A DNA stretch of 64,000 nt from Candidatus Poribacteria bacterium. Lineage in GTDB: Bacteria > Poribacteria > WGA-4E > GCA-2687025. The position numbers were made by a program, and so were the translations under genes. The stretch lies in the NCBI GenBank assembly GCA_963665845.2, contig OY762492.1, positions 3,328,001-3,392,000 on the forward strand, read 5' to 3'. Under the pieces are notes generated by a model. That model was not told the origin of the DNA, ran no database searches, and worked only from the letters and a program-made list of their open reading frames with translations. Below are positions 1 through 9,576 of the stretch, one piece after another. How positions within the stretch are numbered: the stretch's first letter is position 1; each line of letters starts with the position of its first letter.

Positions 1-489
1 TTTCAGGCTCGAATGAAACACAAGCCTCTCGCGCGGATACGGCGCGTCCATGTATGTCCAAATGCCGGGGCTGCCGCGTTCAAAGAGAGGAACGAAGGCG
101 GGGCGACCGATGCGTCCGCGCGCGAAGCCGAAATGGTCGCGCAACTCGCCCGACGCGGTCACCACCGCTTTCCACAACCGGCGCCCGTCGTTAACGCCTC
201 GGTCGTCGTCAATGCGTTGAACGATGCCGTAGATATTGAGCGGCCATCCCTGCGGCTTGATTTCCACGACGGTGACCCATGGATGGATGGAGCCGTCGGC
301 GCGCTTCATCTGTCGGAACGAGACGCATTCTTTGGGCATATAGTGCGACACCATGCGCACAATCTGATTTTTGCTTCGCTGGGTGATTCCGCCGTACAGG
401 TACAGGTCTAGCTGTTCAACCTCGGCGAGGGCGGCGTTTGCCATGCAGAGCGCCGCGACGGCGCATAGCAGATGTTTGAGGCGGGTCAT
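1..489 (-). CDS. Secreted hypothetical protein, truncated by the window edge
   Basis: Not in the ORF track. ATG at 489 follows an AAGGAGG RBS and overlaps the stop of the upstream gene (ATGA). Translates MTRLKHLLCAVAALCMANAALAEVEQLDLYLYGG... (Sec signal, ALA cleavage site) and stays open to position 1. Confidence 0.75.
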   Translation of the reverse strand, partial: MTRLKHLLCAVAALCMANAALAEVEQLDLYLYGGITQRSKNQIVRMVSHYMPKECVSFRQMKRADGSIHPWVTVVEIKPQGWPLNIYGIVQRIDDDRGVNDGRRLWKAVVTASGELRDHFGFARGRIGRPAFVPLFERGSPGIWTYMDAPYPRERLVFHSSLK

Positions 490-878
490 CGCGCTGCCTC
501 CTTATCGGTTTGGGGCGTCGGTTCTTGTTGAAAAAGCGCAAAAAAGGCGTTTCCGTAGGCGTCTTTGACGAGGCGCGCCATGTTCGGATACGCGCTCTCT
601 TCGCTCAGCAGTTCGTTGGAGTCGACAGCGAGCCATCCGCAGCCGTTCCATTGCCGTTTCTGTTGAAGCGTCCATTCGGGAAGCGGCAGTCCAAGCTGGG
701 CGCACACTTCGATCCAGACATCCAGCTCTTCGCGCCCCCTTGCGGGCTTGGAGCGGGCGTCCGCCAGCGGCGCGGAACGGGTCAGATCGTCTAGGGCGCG
801 GCTGGGCGGCTTCCCGGCGTAGACCCGCGCGCGCAGGCGTTCGTATTCGGCTCTTGGGCTGCTCGGTATCGGCTTCAT
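486..878 (-). CDS. Hypothetical protein (about 130 aa)
   Basis: From ORF 486..992; start chosen at MKPIPSS (ATG 878), just downstream of a sigma70-like promoter. Translationally coupled to the next gene. Confidence 0.6.
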   Translation of the reverse strand: MKPIPSSPRAEYERLRARVYAGKPPSRALDDLTRSAPLADARSKPARGREELDVWIEVCAQLGLPLPEWTLQQKRQWNGCGWLAVDSNELLSEESAYPNMARLVKDAYGNAFFALFQQEPTPQTDKEAAR

Positions 879-884
879 AGCTAT

Positions 885-914
885 ACTATACGCTGAAGGG
901 CGGGGCGCTGTCAA
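885..914 (-). promoter_or_regulatory. Sigma70-type promoter TTGACA-18-TATAGT, probably giving a leaderless transcript
   Basis: Minus-strand TTGACA (914-909) and TATAGT (890-885); ATG lies 6 nt further with no RBS. Confidence 0.5.
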
Positions 915-976
915 GAACGGCGCTTGCCGCGCCGCCATGCGTACATTATCATGAAAGCGCAATAGGGAGAAAGAAC

Positions 977-1351
977 ATGCGTTTGACAACATTCTGCGCC
1001 GCAGTTCTGTCGTCGAGTTTGTTTTTGTTCGCGTCCTGCTCTTCGATCCCGCATCCGTTTGAAGAGAGGGAGCCTTGGCAGCATGCGATGGCGCAGGCGC
1101 GGCGGGCGGCGCACCGCGAGGCGGAGCATGTCGTCCGGGCGGCGAAGCTGCAAAGCAATCTGAAAAGCGGCGTCACGCTTTCAGACAGGCAGGTACATAT
1201 CGGCTCCTACGGCGTACAGGCGGTGCATTGGCACAAAATAAAAATGTCCTGGTTGAAAGAGGCGCGCAGGAAAGGATTCACCGGCGACGACTCCGAGGCG
1301 GATCCTAAATGGTACCTCAAATGGAAGCGGGTACTGGGACACGCGGACTGA
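977..1351 (+). CDS. Putative lipoprotein
   Basis: GGAG RBS; hydrophobic N-terminus ending in lipobox-like FASC; no recognisable domain. Confidence 0.65.
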   Translation: MRLTTFCAAVLSSSLFLFASCSSIPHPFEEREPWQHAMAQARRAAHREAEHVVRAAKLQSNLKSGVTLSDRQVHIGSYGVQAVHWHKIKMSWLKEARRKGFTGDDSEADPKWYLKWKRVLGHAD

Positions 1352-1530
1352 ATTTTCCCCATGATGAAGGCTTTGTTTGTTCAACGGTTTCAACTTTAGG
1401 CATGAGATCGGACAGGCAACGAGCGCATGGCGCCGCGCGCCCTTTCAGCGCTATAATATGAAAGCGGGCATCCGCTCCTTCGAAAAAGAGAGGTTATCGA
1501 ACTTCAATCACGCAACGCGGAAAACGAATC

Positions 1531-4500
1531 ATGAAACGCTCGGCGCTTTTACTTTTACTGCTCATCGGCGCGGTCAGCGCGTTCGCCGATGAACAGACCG
1601 ACTACAAGCTCGCCTACCTCCTATACGAAGCCGGCGACTACGAGACCGCAAAAGACGAATTCAACCGCTTCGCGCGCAACTACGCCGACAGCGACAACGC
1701 CGACGACGCGCTTTATCTCGCCGGCGAAGCCGCGCGCAAACTCGGCAAATACAACGAGGCGATACAGGCGTATCGAACGCTCCAGAACGACTACCCGCAG
1801 AGCGGCTTGCGCATTCAAGCGCTTCTCGGACACGCCTACGCCTGGCGCGAAAGCGGACGGCTTGAAGAAAGCGTCCTTGCCTTTGAAAAGGTCGCGCAGC
1901 AAGCCTCGGACGAGGCGGTGAAGGCGCAAGCCGTCTATATGCTCGGCGACGCGCAGTACAAAATCGGCAACTACGAACGCGCTCTGGAAGCGTACGACCG
2001 CATCTTGGCTGAATATCCGAGGGCGAACGAGGCGGGTCCCGCCGTATACGGCAAAGGCTGGACGCTCTTCTTTTTAAAACGGTACCAAGAGGCGCATGAC
2101 GCCATGTTGAGCTTCGCGCAGACTTATCCGAACGCGCCGGAGGCTCCCGAAGCGTTATACCGCGCCGCCGAAGCGCTGTTTGTCGACCCTGAAAAGCGGA
2201 CCGACCCGCAGCAGAACGAAGCGGCAAAAAGCTTATACGAGCAATTCATACGGCGGCATCAGGAGAACGCGGAGGTTCGGAGGCTCACAGCGGACGCGGC
2301 GCTGCGCGTCGGGCAGTGCCTCTTTCGGTTGAATCAGCCGGTCGAAGCGCGGCGGCAGCTGGAACTGGTGATACAGCGTTACCCTGAAATCGACGCCGCT
2401 GAAGACGCGCAGCTCTGGATCGGCAATGTCCTGTTCCATGAAGGCTCGGACGATCCGAAGCAGTATGAGCGCGCTGTCATCGAATATCAGCGGCTTCTGA
2501 ACGCTTACCCTGACAGCGATCTGGCGGACGAGGCGCAGTACAGCATCGGGCGGTGTCATCTGGCGCTGGATCGGTTTCGGGAGGCGGCGGAGAGTTTCAA
2601 GCGCGTCGCGGACAACGCGGAGAGCCGATTTCGCAACGCCGCCGCGTTTCATCTCGCTGAATGCAGGCGCAATCTGGATGAACACAACACCGCGCTGATC
2701 TGGTATCGGCGCGTGGAGCCGGGAACGGAGTATGAGGACGACGCGCTCTTTGGAAAAGGCAGCTCCCATTTTGCGCTGCGCGAATACGAGGACGCGATAC
2801 AGGCGTACGAGACCGTTTCAACGATGCAGACGTCGCCGTGGCGCAAGACGGCGATCTTCAACCTTGGGCGGTCGCTCTTTAGCGCGGGCAAATTTAAAGA
2901 GGCGGACGCGGCGTTTGATCGTTTTTTGAACGATCCCGCCAAGAACGACCCGATTGCGCAGAACGATCAGGCGCTGTACTGGCAAACCCGCTCAAGGTAT
3001 GAGTTGAAAGAATACGCGCAGACAGCCGCCTCGGCGAATCGCCTACTGAGCAGTTATCCGAAAAGCTCCTACGCTTCGGAGGCGCGCTTTTTCTGGGGGG
3101 AGGCGCTGTACTGGCAGCAGAATTACTCGGCGGCGCGCGAGCAGTACCGCCGTCTGATTCAAAGCGATCCGAAAAGCGCCCACGCCGCGCAGGCGGAGTA
3201 CAACATCGGATGGACGCATTTTTCAGAAGCGCAGAATGAACAGGACAACGAAAAACAGCAGGCGGGCTACCAGGAAGCGGTGAACGCTTGGCGGCGGTTC
3301 ATCGATAAAACGGAAAACAACCCCGCTCTGACCGCCAAAGCCGCCTTCGACATCGGCGTCGCGCAGCTGAATATGAAGCTGCATGAGGAGGCGATCGAGA
3401 CGTTTTTGAGCGTCTCCGCCGAGTATCCGAACAGCGACTGGGCGGACGACGCGCAGTACCGCGCCTCATGGACGCGCTACATCCGCGAGGATTACGAAAC
3501 GGCGTTGAACGGCTTCACCGACTTTTTGAAACGGCATGCCGGGAGCGTTCTCAAGCCGGAGGCGATCTTTTTCAGGGGCAACTGCTACTTCAAACTGAAG
3601 CGGTACCAGGAGGCGATTGCGGATTACACCGCCGCCGCCGAGCAATACCCGAACGCCGAATTTTCCTCCCAGAACGCGAACACGCAGCATATACGCGAAG
3701 AGGCGCTGTATCAGATTGGGGAGAGCCGCTACAACCTAGGGGAGCATTCGCAGGCGATCGAGTCGTATCGACGGCTTCAAGAGCTGTATCCGAAAAGCGA
3801 GCTGGCGGACGACGCGCAATTTGCGGTCGCGGAGGCGCAGCGGCTGATGGGCGAAGCGGAGATGTCCTTGACGTCGTACCGGGAATTGGTGGAGAAGTAC
3901 CCGAAAAGTCCGCTGGCGCCGGGCGCGCTTCATGCGATCGGAGTGCAGCGTTATGATCGTCAGCAGTATCAAGAAGCGATTGCGGAGTTTCAGAAAGTGA
4001 TTTCGCTGTACGGGACCTCCGCGGCGGCTCCGCGCGCCCAGTACGATATCGGGCAATGCTATTTTGAGCTGAAGTCGTTCCCGCAGGCGACCGCGGCGTT
4101 CGACAAGGCGGCGGCGATGCCGAACGCGACGGCGGCCATCAAGGCGAGTTCGCTTTACTTTAGCGCATGGGCGCTTCAGGACGCGCAAAATCCGTCGCGC
4201 GATCTAGATGAAACGGCGCGGCGTCTGCGGGACCTTATTAAGACGTATCCGAAGTCGCCCGAAGCGCCGCGCGCCTATCTGCTCATGGCGGACGCCTACG
4301 ACCAGCAGCGCAAGCCTGAGGAGAAGATTCAGGCGTATCGGCAGCTGATTGCCGAGTATCCGAAGACGGAAGAGGCGAATGCGGCGCAGATCGATCTTGG
4401 AAGTCAGCTGCTGGAGCTGACGCGGAACCAAGAGGCGCTGGATGCGGTCGCCTCCATCACCGAGAACCAGAGCGATTACAAGCCGAGGTTGGTTACAGCG

Positions 4501-4803
4501 GCGCAGCTGATTGCGGGGGATGCGCTTGTCGGCTTGCGCAGGTATGAGGACGCGGCGCGCTCCTTTTTGATTGTCGCGGTGGTGTATCCAACCCTGGATC
4601 CGTATTCGACGCTGCGCGCTCTTGTGAAAGCGGGAGACGCTTATGAGCGGTTGAGCAAACTGGACCTCGCCTTGCGCTGGTATGATAAGGCGGTTCAGGA
4701 TTATCAGCGCAGTTCTCAAAAGACCGCCGAGTGGGATCCGTTTCTGAATCACGCGCAAAACAGGCTTGAGGCGCTGCGTCAGCAACAGGGGCAGGATGAA
4801 TGA
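1531..4803 (+). CDS. Large periplasmic TPR protein (BamD/CpoB-like repeats)
   Basis: Signal peptide (AFA) and many helical repeats of the type YPxS..AD.A.Y..G..Y....Y..A over 1090 aa. Confidence 0.9.
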   Translation: MKRSALLLLLLIGAVSAFADEQTDYKLAYLLYEAGDYETAKDEFNRFARNYADSDNADDALYLAGEAARKLGKYNEAIQAYRTLQNDYPQSGLRIQALLGHAYAWRESGRLEESVLAFEKVAQQASDEAVKAQAVYMLGDAQYKIGNYERALEAYDRILAEYPRANEAGPAVYGKGWTLFFLKRYQEAHDAMLSFAQTYPNAPEAPEALYRAAEALFVDPEKRTDPQQNEAAKSLYEQFIRRHQENAEVRRLTADAALRVGQCLFRLNQPVEARRQLELVIQRYPEIDAAEDAQLWIGNVLFHEGSDDPKQYERAVIEYQRLLNAYPDSDLADEAQYSIGRCHLALDRFREAAESFKRVADNAESRFRNAAAFHLAECRRNLDEHNTALIWYRRVEPGTEYEDDALFGKGSSHFALREYEDAIQAYETVSTMQTSPWRKTAIFNLGRSLFSAGKFKEADAAFDRFLNDPAKNDPIAQNDQALYWQTRSRYELKEYAQTAASANRLLSSYPKSSYASEARFFWGEALYWQQNYSAAREQYRRLIQSDPKSAHAAQAEYNIGWTHFSEAQNEQDNEKQQAGYQEAVNAWRRFIDKTENNPALTAKAAFDIGVAQLNMKLHEEAIETFLSVSAEYPNSDWADDAQYRASWTRYIREDYETALNGFTDFLKRHAGSVLKPEAIFFRGNCYFKLKRYQEAIADYTAAAEQYPNAEFSSQNANTQHIREEALYQIGESRYNLGEHSQAIESYRRLQELYPKSELADDAQFAVAEAQRLMGEAEMSLTSYRELVEKYPKSPLAPGALHAIGVQRYDRQQYQEAIAEFQKVISLYGTSAAAPRAQYDIGQCYFELKSFPQATAAFDKAAAMPNATAAIKASSLYFSAWALQDAQNPSRDLDETARRLRDLIKTYPKSPEAPRAYLLMADAYDQQRKPEEKIQAYRQLIAEYPKTEEANAAQIDLGSQLLELTRNQEALDAVASITENQSDYKPRLVTAAQLIAGDALVGLRRYEDAARSFLIVAVVYPTLDPYSTLRALVKAGDAYERLSKLDLALRWYDKAVQDYQRSSQKTAEWDPFLNHAQNRLEALRQQQGQDE

Positions 4804-6452
4804 AACGATTAGCGACAGCCGTTTTAGCGGTATGCGCCGCCGCGCTGACTGCCCAAGCGCAAGAGCTGGAGGGCGTTCCTGGAGAGATTGTCGGGCGCAT
4901 CATCGATGTGACGACGCTGCGCGCCCAGCGGTCGCCGTTTGAAGCGAGCGGGCTGCCGGCGCCGATCATGTACCGCCTTACCATGCCGGTTGAACGGGCG
5001 TGGCGGTTTCCGTACACCCGCCCGCAGCAGCGCCGTTTTTTCGTTCAAGAGCGCGCGCCGATGAAACGCAGCGCCATCGCCGAGATTGCCGCGCAGGCGC
5101 CAGGACGCGCCCAGTACAACCTGTTTCTCTCCGGCGGAGGGGAGAACGCGCGGGCGTCGGCGCGTCTCATCGGAGAGGCGCAGAACGGAACCTTCACCCA
5201 AGGAAGAGGCGGAAGCAATCATGCCGACGCCGCTGCAGGCGCCGCCTGGGACTCGGAAAAGAGCGCCCTGCGGTTGAACGCGCGCTGGAGTACGCGCTCA
5301 TCCAACTGGATCCAAACGCCCGAAGAGACGATTCCAAAAGAGAAGACGCTGCTTTCCGCCGAAATCGCCCTCAACCGAAAACCGCCCGCAAGCGGCGGAA
5401 CGCGCCAGCAATGGACGATTCAAGGAACCCGATACAGCCTTCCGCATGAAAAATTGACAGGGACAATTGCAGAGGGGCGCGCCGAGGGAGTCGTGGAGCT
5501 GCAGTCGATGGGCAAGAATCCGCGCCGTTTGCAATTCAGCGGAGCCGTCCGTTCCGCCGAGGATCCGTTGACGGCGGGGACATACAATTCCGCTGTCGGA
5601 AGCGTCTCGTTTGAGGACAGGCATGCGGCGACCGCCGTTGGAACCTTCAGCTGGAGCGTCGGCGCCGCCGCCGTTCGTCAACCGGACATGACGAGCGAGA
5701 CGGGGGAAAGTTCGCGAGCGCTGCCTGCTTTCAAAGCGGCATGGACGACAGGGCTGGACGAGGGCTGGGGCGCGCGTTTTGAGGCGCAGAACGGCGCGCG
5801 GCTGACGCCTATAGAGCAGTATGTCGAGACTGACCATACGATTGTGAACGGGCAGTTGAAGCCGGAGGTCGAACTGAACGGCGGCGGCGCCGTCTGGGCG
5901 CGGCGCAGCGGCGTGGAGGCGAAGGCGGGCGCGAAATGGCGGAACGTGGAAAACATGGCTGTCTGGGACGAAACCCGCATCAACGAGGCGCCGGCATGGC
6001 GGCTTGTGAATGTGAAGGCGCAGCTGGTTGAGGCGCGGGCAAGCCTGCGCATCGACATGAACCCGCGCTTTCGGCTGCAGTCGGAACTGGTATGGGAGCG
6101 CGTTCAGTCGGTGGAGAATCTGAACCTGGACATGCTGCCGTACCGCCCGCAGCTGCGCGCGGCGGCGGAAGCGTACGCCGCGCTGAACGAAGCCGTTCAG
6201 TTGAAGGCGGGAGTGGAATGGATCGGCGAGCGGCATAATATACAGGATATTTTGAGCGAGAGTCCAGTTTCAACGGCGCTGGAGCCGTATGCGCGTTTGA
6301 GGGCGGAGGCGTCGTTCGCGCTGTCCGAGGCGGTGTCGATACAGTTGAACGCCGAGACCAGCTTGGGGGAGTACCGCGAATTGTCGTCCGAGAATGCGCT
6401 GTATGAGATGACGCAGCATTCCGCCGGCGTCGGCTTCGCCGGTCGTTTTTAA
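4800..6452 (+). CDS. Putative outer-membrane beta-barrel protein (TonB-dependent-receptor-like C-terminus)
   Basis: Signal peptide (AQA), alternating amphipathic strands, C-terminal GVGFAGRF with terminal Phe; ATGA overlap with the TPR gene. Confidence 0.7.
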   Translation: MKRLATAVLAVCAAALTAQAQELEGVPGEIVGRIIDVTTLRAQRSPFEASGLPAPIMYRLTMPVERAWRFPYTRPQQRRFFVQERAPMKRSAIAEIAAQAPGRAQYNLFLSGGGENARASARLIGEAQNGTFTQGRGGSNHADAAAGAAWDSEKSALRLNARWSTRSSNWIQTPEETIPKEKTLLSAEIALNRKPPASGGTRQQWTIQGTRYSLPHEKLTGTIAEGRAEGVVELQSMGKNPRRLQFSGAVRSAEDPLTAGTYNSAVGSVSFEDRHAATAVGTFSWSVGAAAVRQPDMTSETGESSRALPAFKAAWTTGLDEGWGARFEAQNGARLTPIEQYVETDHTIVNGQLKPEVELNGGGAVWARRSGVEAKAGAKWRNVENMAVWDETRINEAPAWRLVNVKAQLVEARASLRIDMNPRFRLQSELVWERVQSVENLNLDMLPYRPQLRAAAEAYAALNEAVQLKAGVEWIGERHNIQDILSESPVSTALEPYARLRAEASFALSEAVSIQLNAETSLGEYRELSSENALYEMTQHSAGVGFAGRF

Positions 6453-6470
6453 AGAACTGAAGAGAGGGAT

Positions 6471-7181
6471 ATGGAAAACATTTTTGAAGGCAAAACGGCG
6501 GTTATTACGGGAGGCAGCTCCGGCATCGGCGAAGGGCTGGCGCGTCGTCTGGCGGAAGAGGGCGCCAATGTGGTTCTCGCCGCTCGAAACCGCGCAAGGC
6601 TAAAACAGGCAGTTGACCAACTGCGCGAAATACGACCTGACGGTCAATACTTAACCGTACGCGCCAACGTGCGCGCTGAATCGCAGATCGAAAGCCTGAA
6701 AGCAAAAACGCTCGCCGCCTTCGACACGGTTGACATTCTCATCAACAATGCGGGCATCGGCGCATGGCATGAGATTGTCGACATGCCGACGCGCGAATGG
6801 AACGCGGTCATCGAGACGAACCTGACAGGCGTCTTTTTGGCGACGCGCGCCTTTCTGCCGATCATGATGCAGCAGGGGTCGGGGCATATCTTGAACATCT
6901 CCTCCGTCGCGGGCAAGCTCGGTTTCAAAAGCGGCTCCGCTTACTGCGCTTCAAAATGGGGGCTTCTGGGGTTCACGCGCGCGCTGGCGGAAGAGGCGAG
7001 ACCGCATGGCGTTCGAGTGGACGCGCTCTGTCCTGGGACGGTCGAGACGCCTTTCAAAAACAGCCCCGCCGCGTCCGATATACGGCTTGAGGTGGAGGAC
7101 ATCGTCCGCGCGGCGGTTTATCTGATGACGCTTCCGAAGCATGTTCGGGTGGACGATATTGTCATGTATCCGCAGGGTTAA
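6471..7181 (+). CDS. Short-chain dehydrogenase/reductase
   Basis: TGGSSGIG, NNAG and YCASK motifs. Confidence 0.92.
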   Translation: MENIFEGKTAVITGGSSGIGEGLARRLAEEGANVVLAARNRARLKQAVDQLREIRPDGQYLTVRANVRAESQIESLKAKTLAAFDTVDILINNAGIGAWHEIVDMPTREWNAVIETNLTGVFLATRAFLPIMMQQGSGHILNISSVAGKLGFKSGSAYCASKWGLLGFTRALAEEARPHGVRVDALCPGTVETPFKNSPAASDIRLEVEDIVRAAVYLMTLPKHVRVDDIVMYPQG

Positions 7182-8113
7182 TCGCGCGCCTTCAGCATGC
7201 GTTCAACGACAGCGCGAACGACAGGGACAGCGACCGAGTTCCCCGCCAGACGCCGGGCGGCGCTGACGCTGTCAGGCAAATTATAGGAATCGGGAAAGCC
7301 CTGCAGCCGAAACATTTCGCGCGGAGTGAGGCGGCGTATTCCGTCCACCAGCAGGTAGTTGTAGCTCGCGCCCGCCCGCAGCGCGCATGAAAACGGATGG
7401 CTGGACACATTCCCGCCCTTGTTCTCATGCCATATCGCGGGGCGCGTCTCGGATTTATGCGCCTTTTGACGCGCTTGACGTATGCGTTCCGAGGCGGTAT
7501 GGCGCGGGTCGGGGTTCTCTTCCAATATCTCTGCAAGGGGCTTCATCGGAACGCCGCCCTCCGGCCATGGAAACTCCGCAAACTCAACATCCAGCCCGAC
7601 AATGAAAACCCGCTCCCGTTTCTGCGGCAAACCGAAATTGAGCGCGTTCAGGATGCGCCAATCGACCGTATAGCCCAGCGCTTCGAGCGTCGCAACGACG
7701 CATCGTATCGTCTTTCCGCCTTGAATCGTCGTGAACTGACGCACATTTTCGATGAGAACGGCGCGGGGCTTCTTCGCCGCGATGACGCGCGCCGTCTCTA
7801 AAAACAGGTTGCCGCGCGAATCCTTGAACCCGCCCCGTTTGCCGATGATGCTGAACGGCTGGCACGGTAAACCCGCAAACAGAATGTCATGGTCGGGTAT
7901 CGCGTCGGGGCGTATGTCGATGATGTCGCCTTCGGGTCGTATGCCGAAGTTGGTCTCGTAGGCGTCCTGCGCGTCTTCGTCAATGTCGCATGCGAAGGCG
8001 CATTTCAAGCCAAGGTCCGCGGCGGCGGCATGGAATCCGCCGATGCCGCAGAACAGGTCTGCAAAGGTCTGTATCGGAGGAAGACTTTCACTGCGGATCG
8101 TGTCGCCGTTCAT
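7178..8113 (-). CDS. DNA (cytosine-5)-methyltransferase, orphan
   Basis: DLFCGIGG (motif I), GLPCQPFS (catalytic Cys), ENV, QKRER, RRLTPRE, AGNSV. Confidence 0.95.
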   Translation of the reverse strand: MNGDTIRSESLPPIQTFADLFCGIGGFHAAAADLGLKCAFACDIDEDAQDAYETNFGIRPEGDIIDIRPDAIPDHDILFAGLPCQPFSIIGKRGGFKDSRGNLFLETARVIAAKKPRAVLIENVRQFTTIQGGKTIRCVVATLEALGYTVDWRILNALNFGLPQKRERVFIVGLDVEFAEFPWPEGGVPMKPLAEILEENPDPRHTASERIRQARQKAHKSETRPAIWHENKGGNVSSHPFSCALRAGASYNYLLVDGIRRLTPREMFRLQGFPDSYNLPDSVSAARRLAGNSVAVPVVRAVVERMLKARD

Positions 8114-8199
8114 ACGCGCCTCTCTGTTTGAAACGGTCGCGATGTACCTGTTAGCAACTAGATATAGGACATTTGGGCGGATCTGTCAAGCGCTGTCTT

Positions 8200-8329
8200 C
8201 CGACCTCATGCTGAAAGTTGGCACAGCTGAACGACACCGTCATTCCCGCGTAAAGCGGGAATCTAGAGGCGCCGCGGAAACCGTCCGCGTTCGCCCGCCG
8301 GCATGTCCCAACTAAAGACATAAGGTCAG
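8200..8329. mobile_element. MITE family A, complete copy
   Basis: About 26-bp imperfect TIRs CCGACCTCATGCTGAAAGTTGGCACA / TGTCCCAACTAAAGACATAAGGTCAG; internal GTCATTCCCGCGTAAAGCGGGAATC hairpin; flanking direct repeats GCTGTCTTC / GCTATCTTC. Confidence 0.75.
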
Positions 8330-8341
8330 CTATCTTCTTAC

Positions 8342-8444
8342 GGCGGTACGCCCATGCGGAGAAATTCATTTTCACCTCAAAGCTCCGTCCTTTAAACCCC
8401 CTAGCCCCCCTTTTCAAGGGGGGGAATCGGACGCGGCGGCGCCG
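8342..8444. mobile_element. MITE family B, partial copy
   Basis: Begins GGCGGTACGCCCATGCGGAGA (matches the TIR of 47789..47973) and continues into the CCCCCTAGCCCCCCTTTTCAAGGGGG palindrome module. Confidence 0.6.
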
Positions 8445-9473
8445 TCAAGCGCTGTCTTCTTCCTCGTCCAAATTGGGCAGGTTGCTCCATCCGCACGAGA
8501 GGCAGACGCTTGTGGAACCGGCGATATGGAACAGTTCGTCGCCGCAGCTGGGGCATTCCATGTCCGCTTCTTCTTCCGCCGTTTCTACGGCATCCTCCAG
8601 TTCGGTCGCCAGCGCTTCTTCCGATTCCTTCGGCTCTTCCTCAACGATGATCGCCGGCTTTTCCTCTTCGATCTGTATCTCTTCCGTCTTTTCTTTTTCT
8701 GAAGAGAGCGCGGAGCTCCAGTTAAACTTCGGGATGTCCGCCGGGATCGACAGCCCCTCCGTAAGCGTCGGCGGCGGAAGCGCCGCCTGCTCCGTACGCG
8801 GCTCTTCTAAAGGCGGCTGCATGGGCGGCTCCGCGTCCGTTTCCGTCTGCTTTATCCGAAGCCGTTTCAAATAACGCAGAGCCTGGTTGGCGTTCGCCTG
8901 CGCAATGTTCTGTCCGGTGTCCATGCGCGTTATGCCGCTCAAATAGATCTGCAGCCGCGATCCGACCGTCTCGTACCGGGCAAAGACGCGCGCGTTGTTC
9001 GTTTTGACGCAGTAGCACAGCTCGGGCGGAACGGCTCGGTCAAAAACAAGATGCGCCCGATGCCCCTCCGCGTCGGTCATCTCCGGCTTGACGCCGAACT
9101 CTTCCTCCAGCCGCTCCTGCTGTCGGGTTGAAAAAAGAAAGCCGCGTTCCGCCCCGCGCATATTCAGAGAGATCCACTCCATCCCGGCGTCCAGCGCGAT
9201 GCGGCGCACATAGCCGATGTAATGGTTCCACGCCGAGCTGCGCGTGACGCGTCGAATGCGCTCCTGCTCCATCGGGGAACGGTCGCGGAGCAGCTGCTCG
9301 TCATGAACAAGCTTGTCGACCGGCACCACCTGCTCCCATGAAACGGCGCCTCTGGACGAACGCATCTCCATGCGCGCTGTCTTCTCCGGGACGATCTCAA
9401 GACGATAAAAAAGATGATCCATCTGCATAAAAAAGTCCACCGCAATCTCATCACGTTCTGCGCACAGCGTCAT
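8445..9473 (-). CDS. Hypothetical protein with acidic linker and C-terminal Zn ribbon
   Basis: 342-aa ORF; Glu/Pro-rich linker; CPSC...CLSC near the C-terminus. Confidence 0.75.
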   Translation of the reverse strand: MTLCAERDEIAVDFFMQMDHLFYRLEIVPEKTARMEMRSSRGAVSWEQVVPVDKLVHDEQLLRDRSPMEQERIRRVTRSSAWNHYIGYVRRIALDAGMEWISLNMRGAERGFLFSTRQQERLEEEFGVKPEMTDAEGHRAHLVFDRAVPPELCYCVKTNNARVFARYETVGSRLQIYLSGITRMDTGQNIAQANANQALRYLKRLRIKQTETDAEPPMQPPLEEPRTEQAALPPPTLTEGLSIPADIPKFNWSSALSSEKEKTEEIQIEEEKPAIIVEEEPKESEEALATELEDAVETAEEEADMECPSCGDELFHIAGSTSVCLSCGWSNLPNLDEEEDSA

Positions 9474-9576
9474 GCGCTTGCGTTTATGATACGAACGTAA
9501 CGCCGCCTTCGTTCCGACAGATCAACCGGCTGCCGTTCGGCGTCCCATGATGAAACTGCGCTCGCGCATCGAACGC

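Noticed and set aside
13-411. 132-aa plus-strand ORF
   Set aside because: The opposite strand carries a better gene with RBS, signal peptide and translational coupling.
7178-9473. Complete type II restriction-modification system
   Set aside because: The neighbouring ORF shows no nuclease motif I can recognise and is separated by MITEs and a separate promoter-like site.
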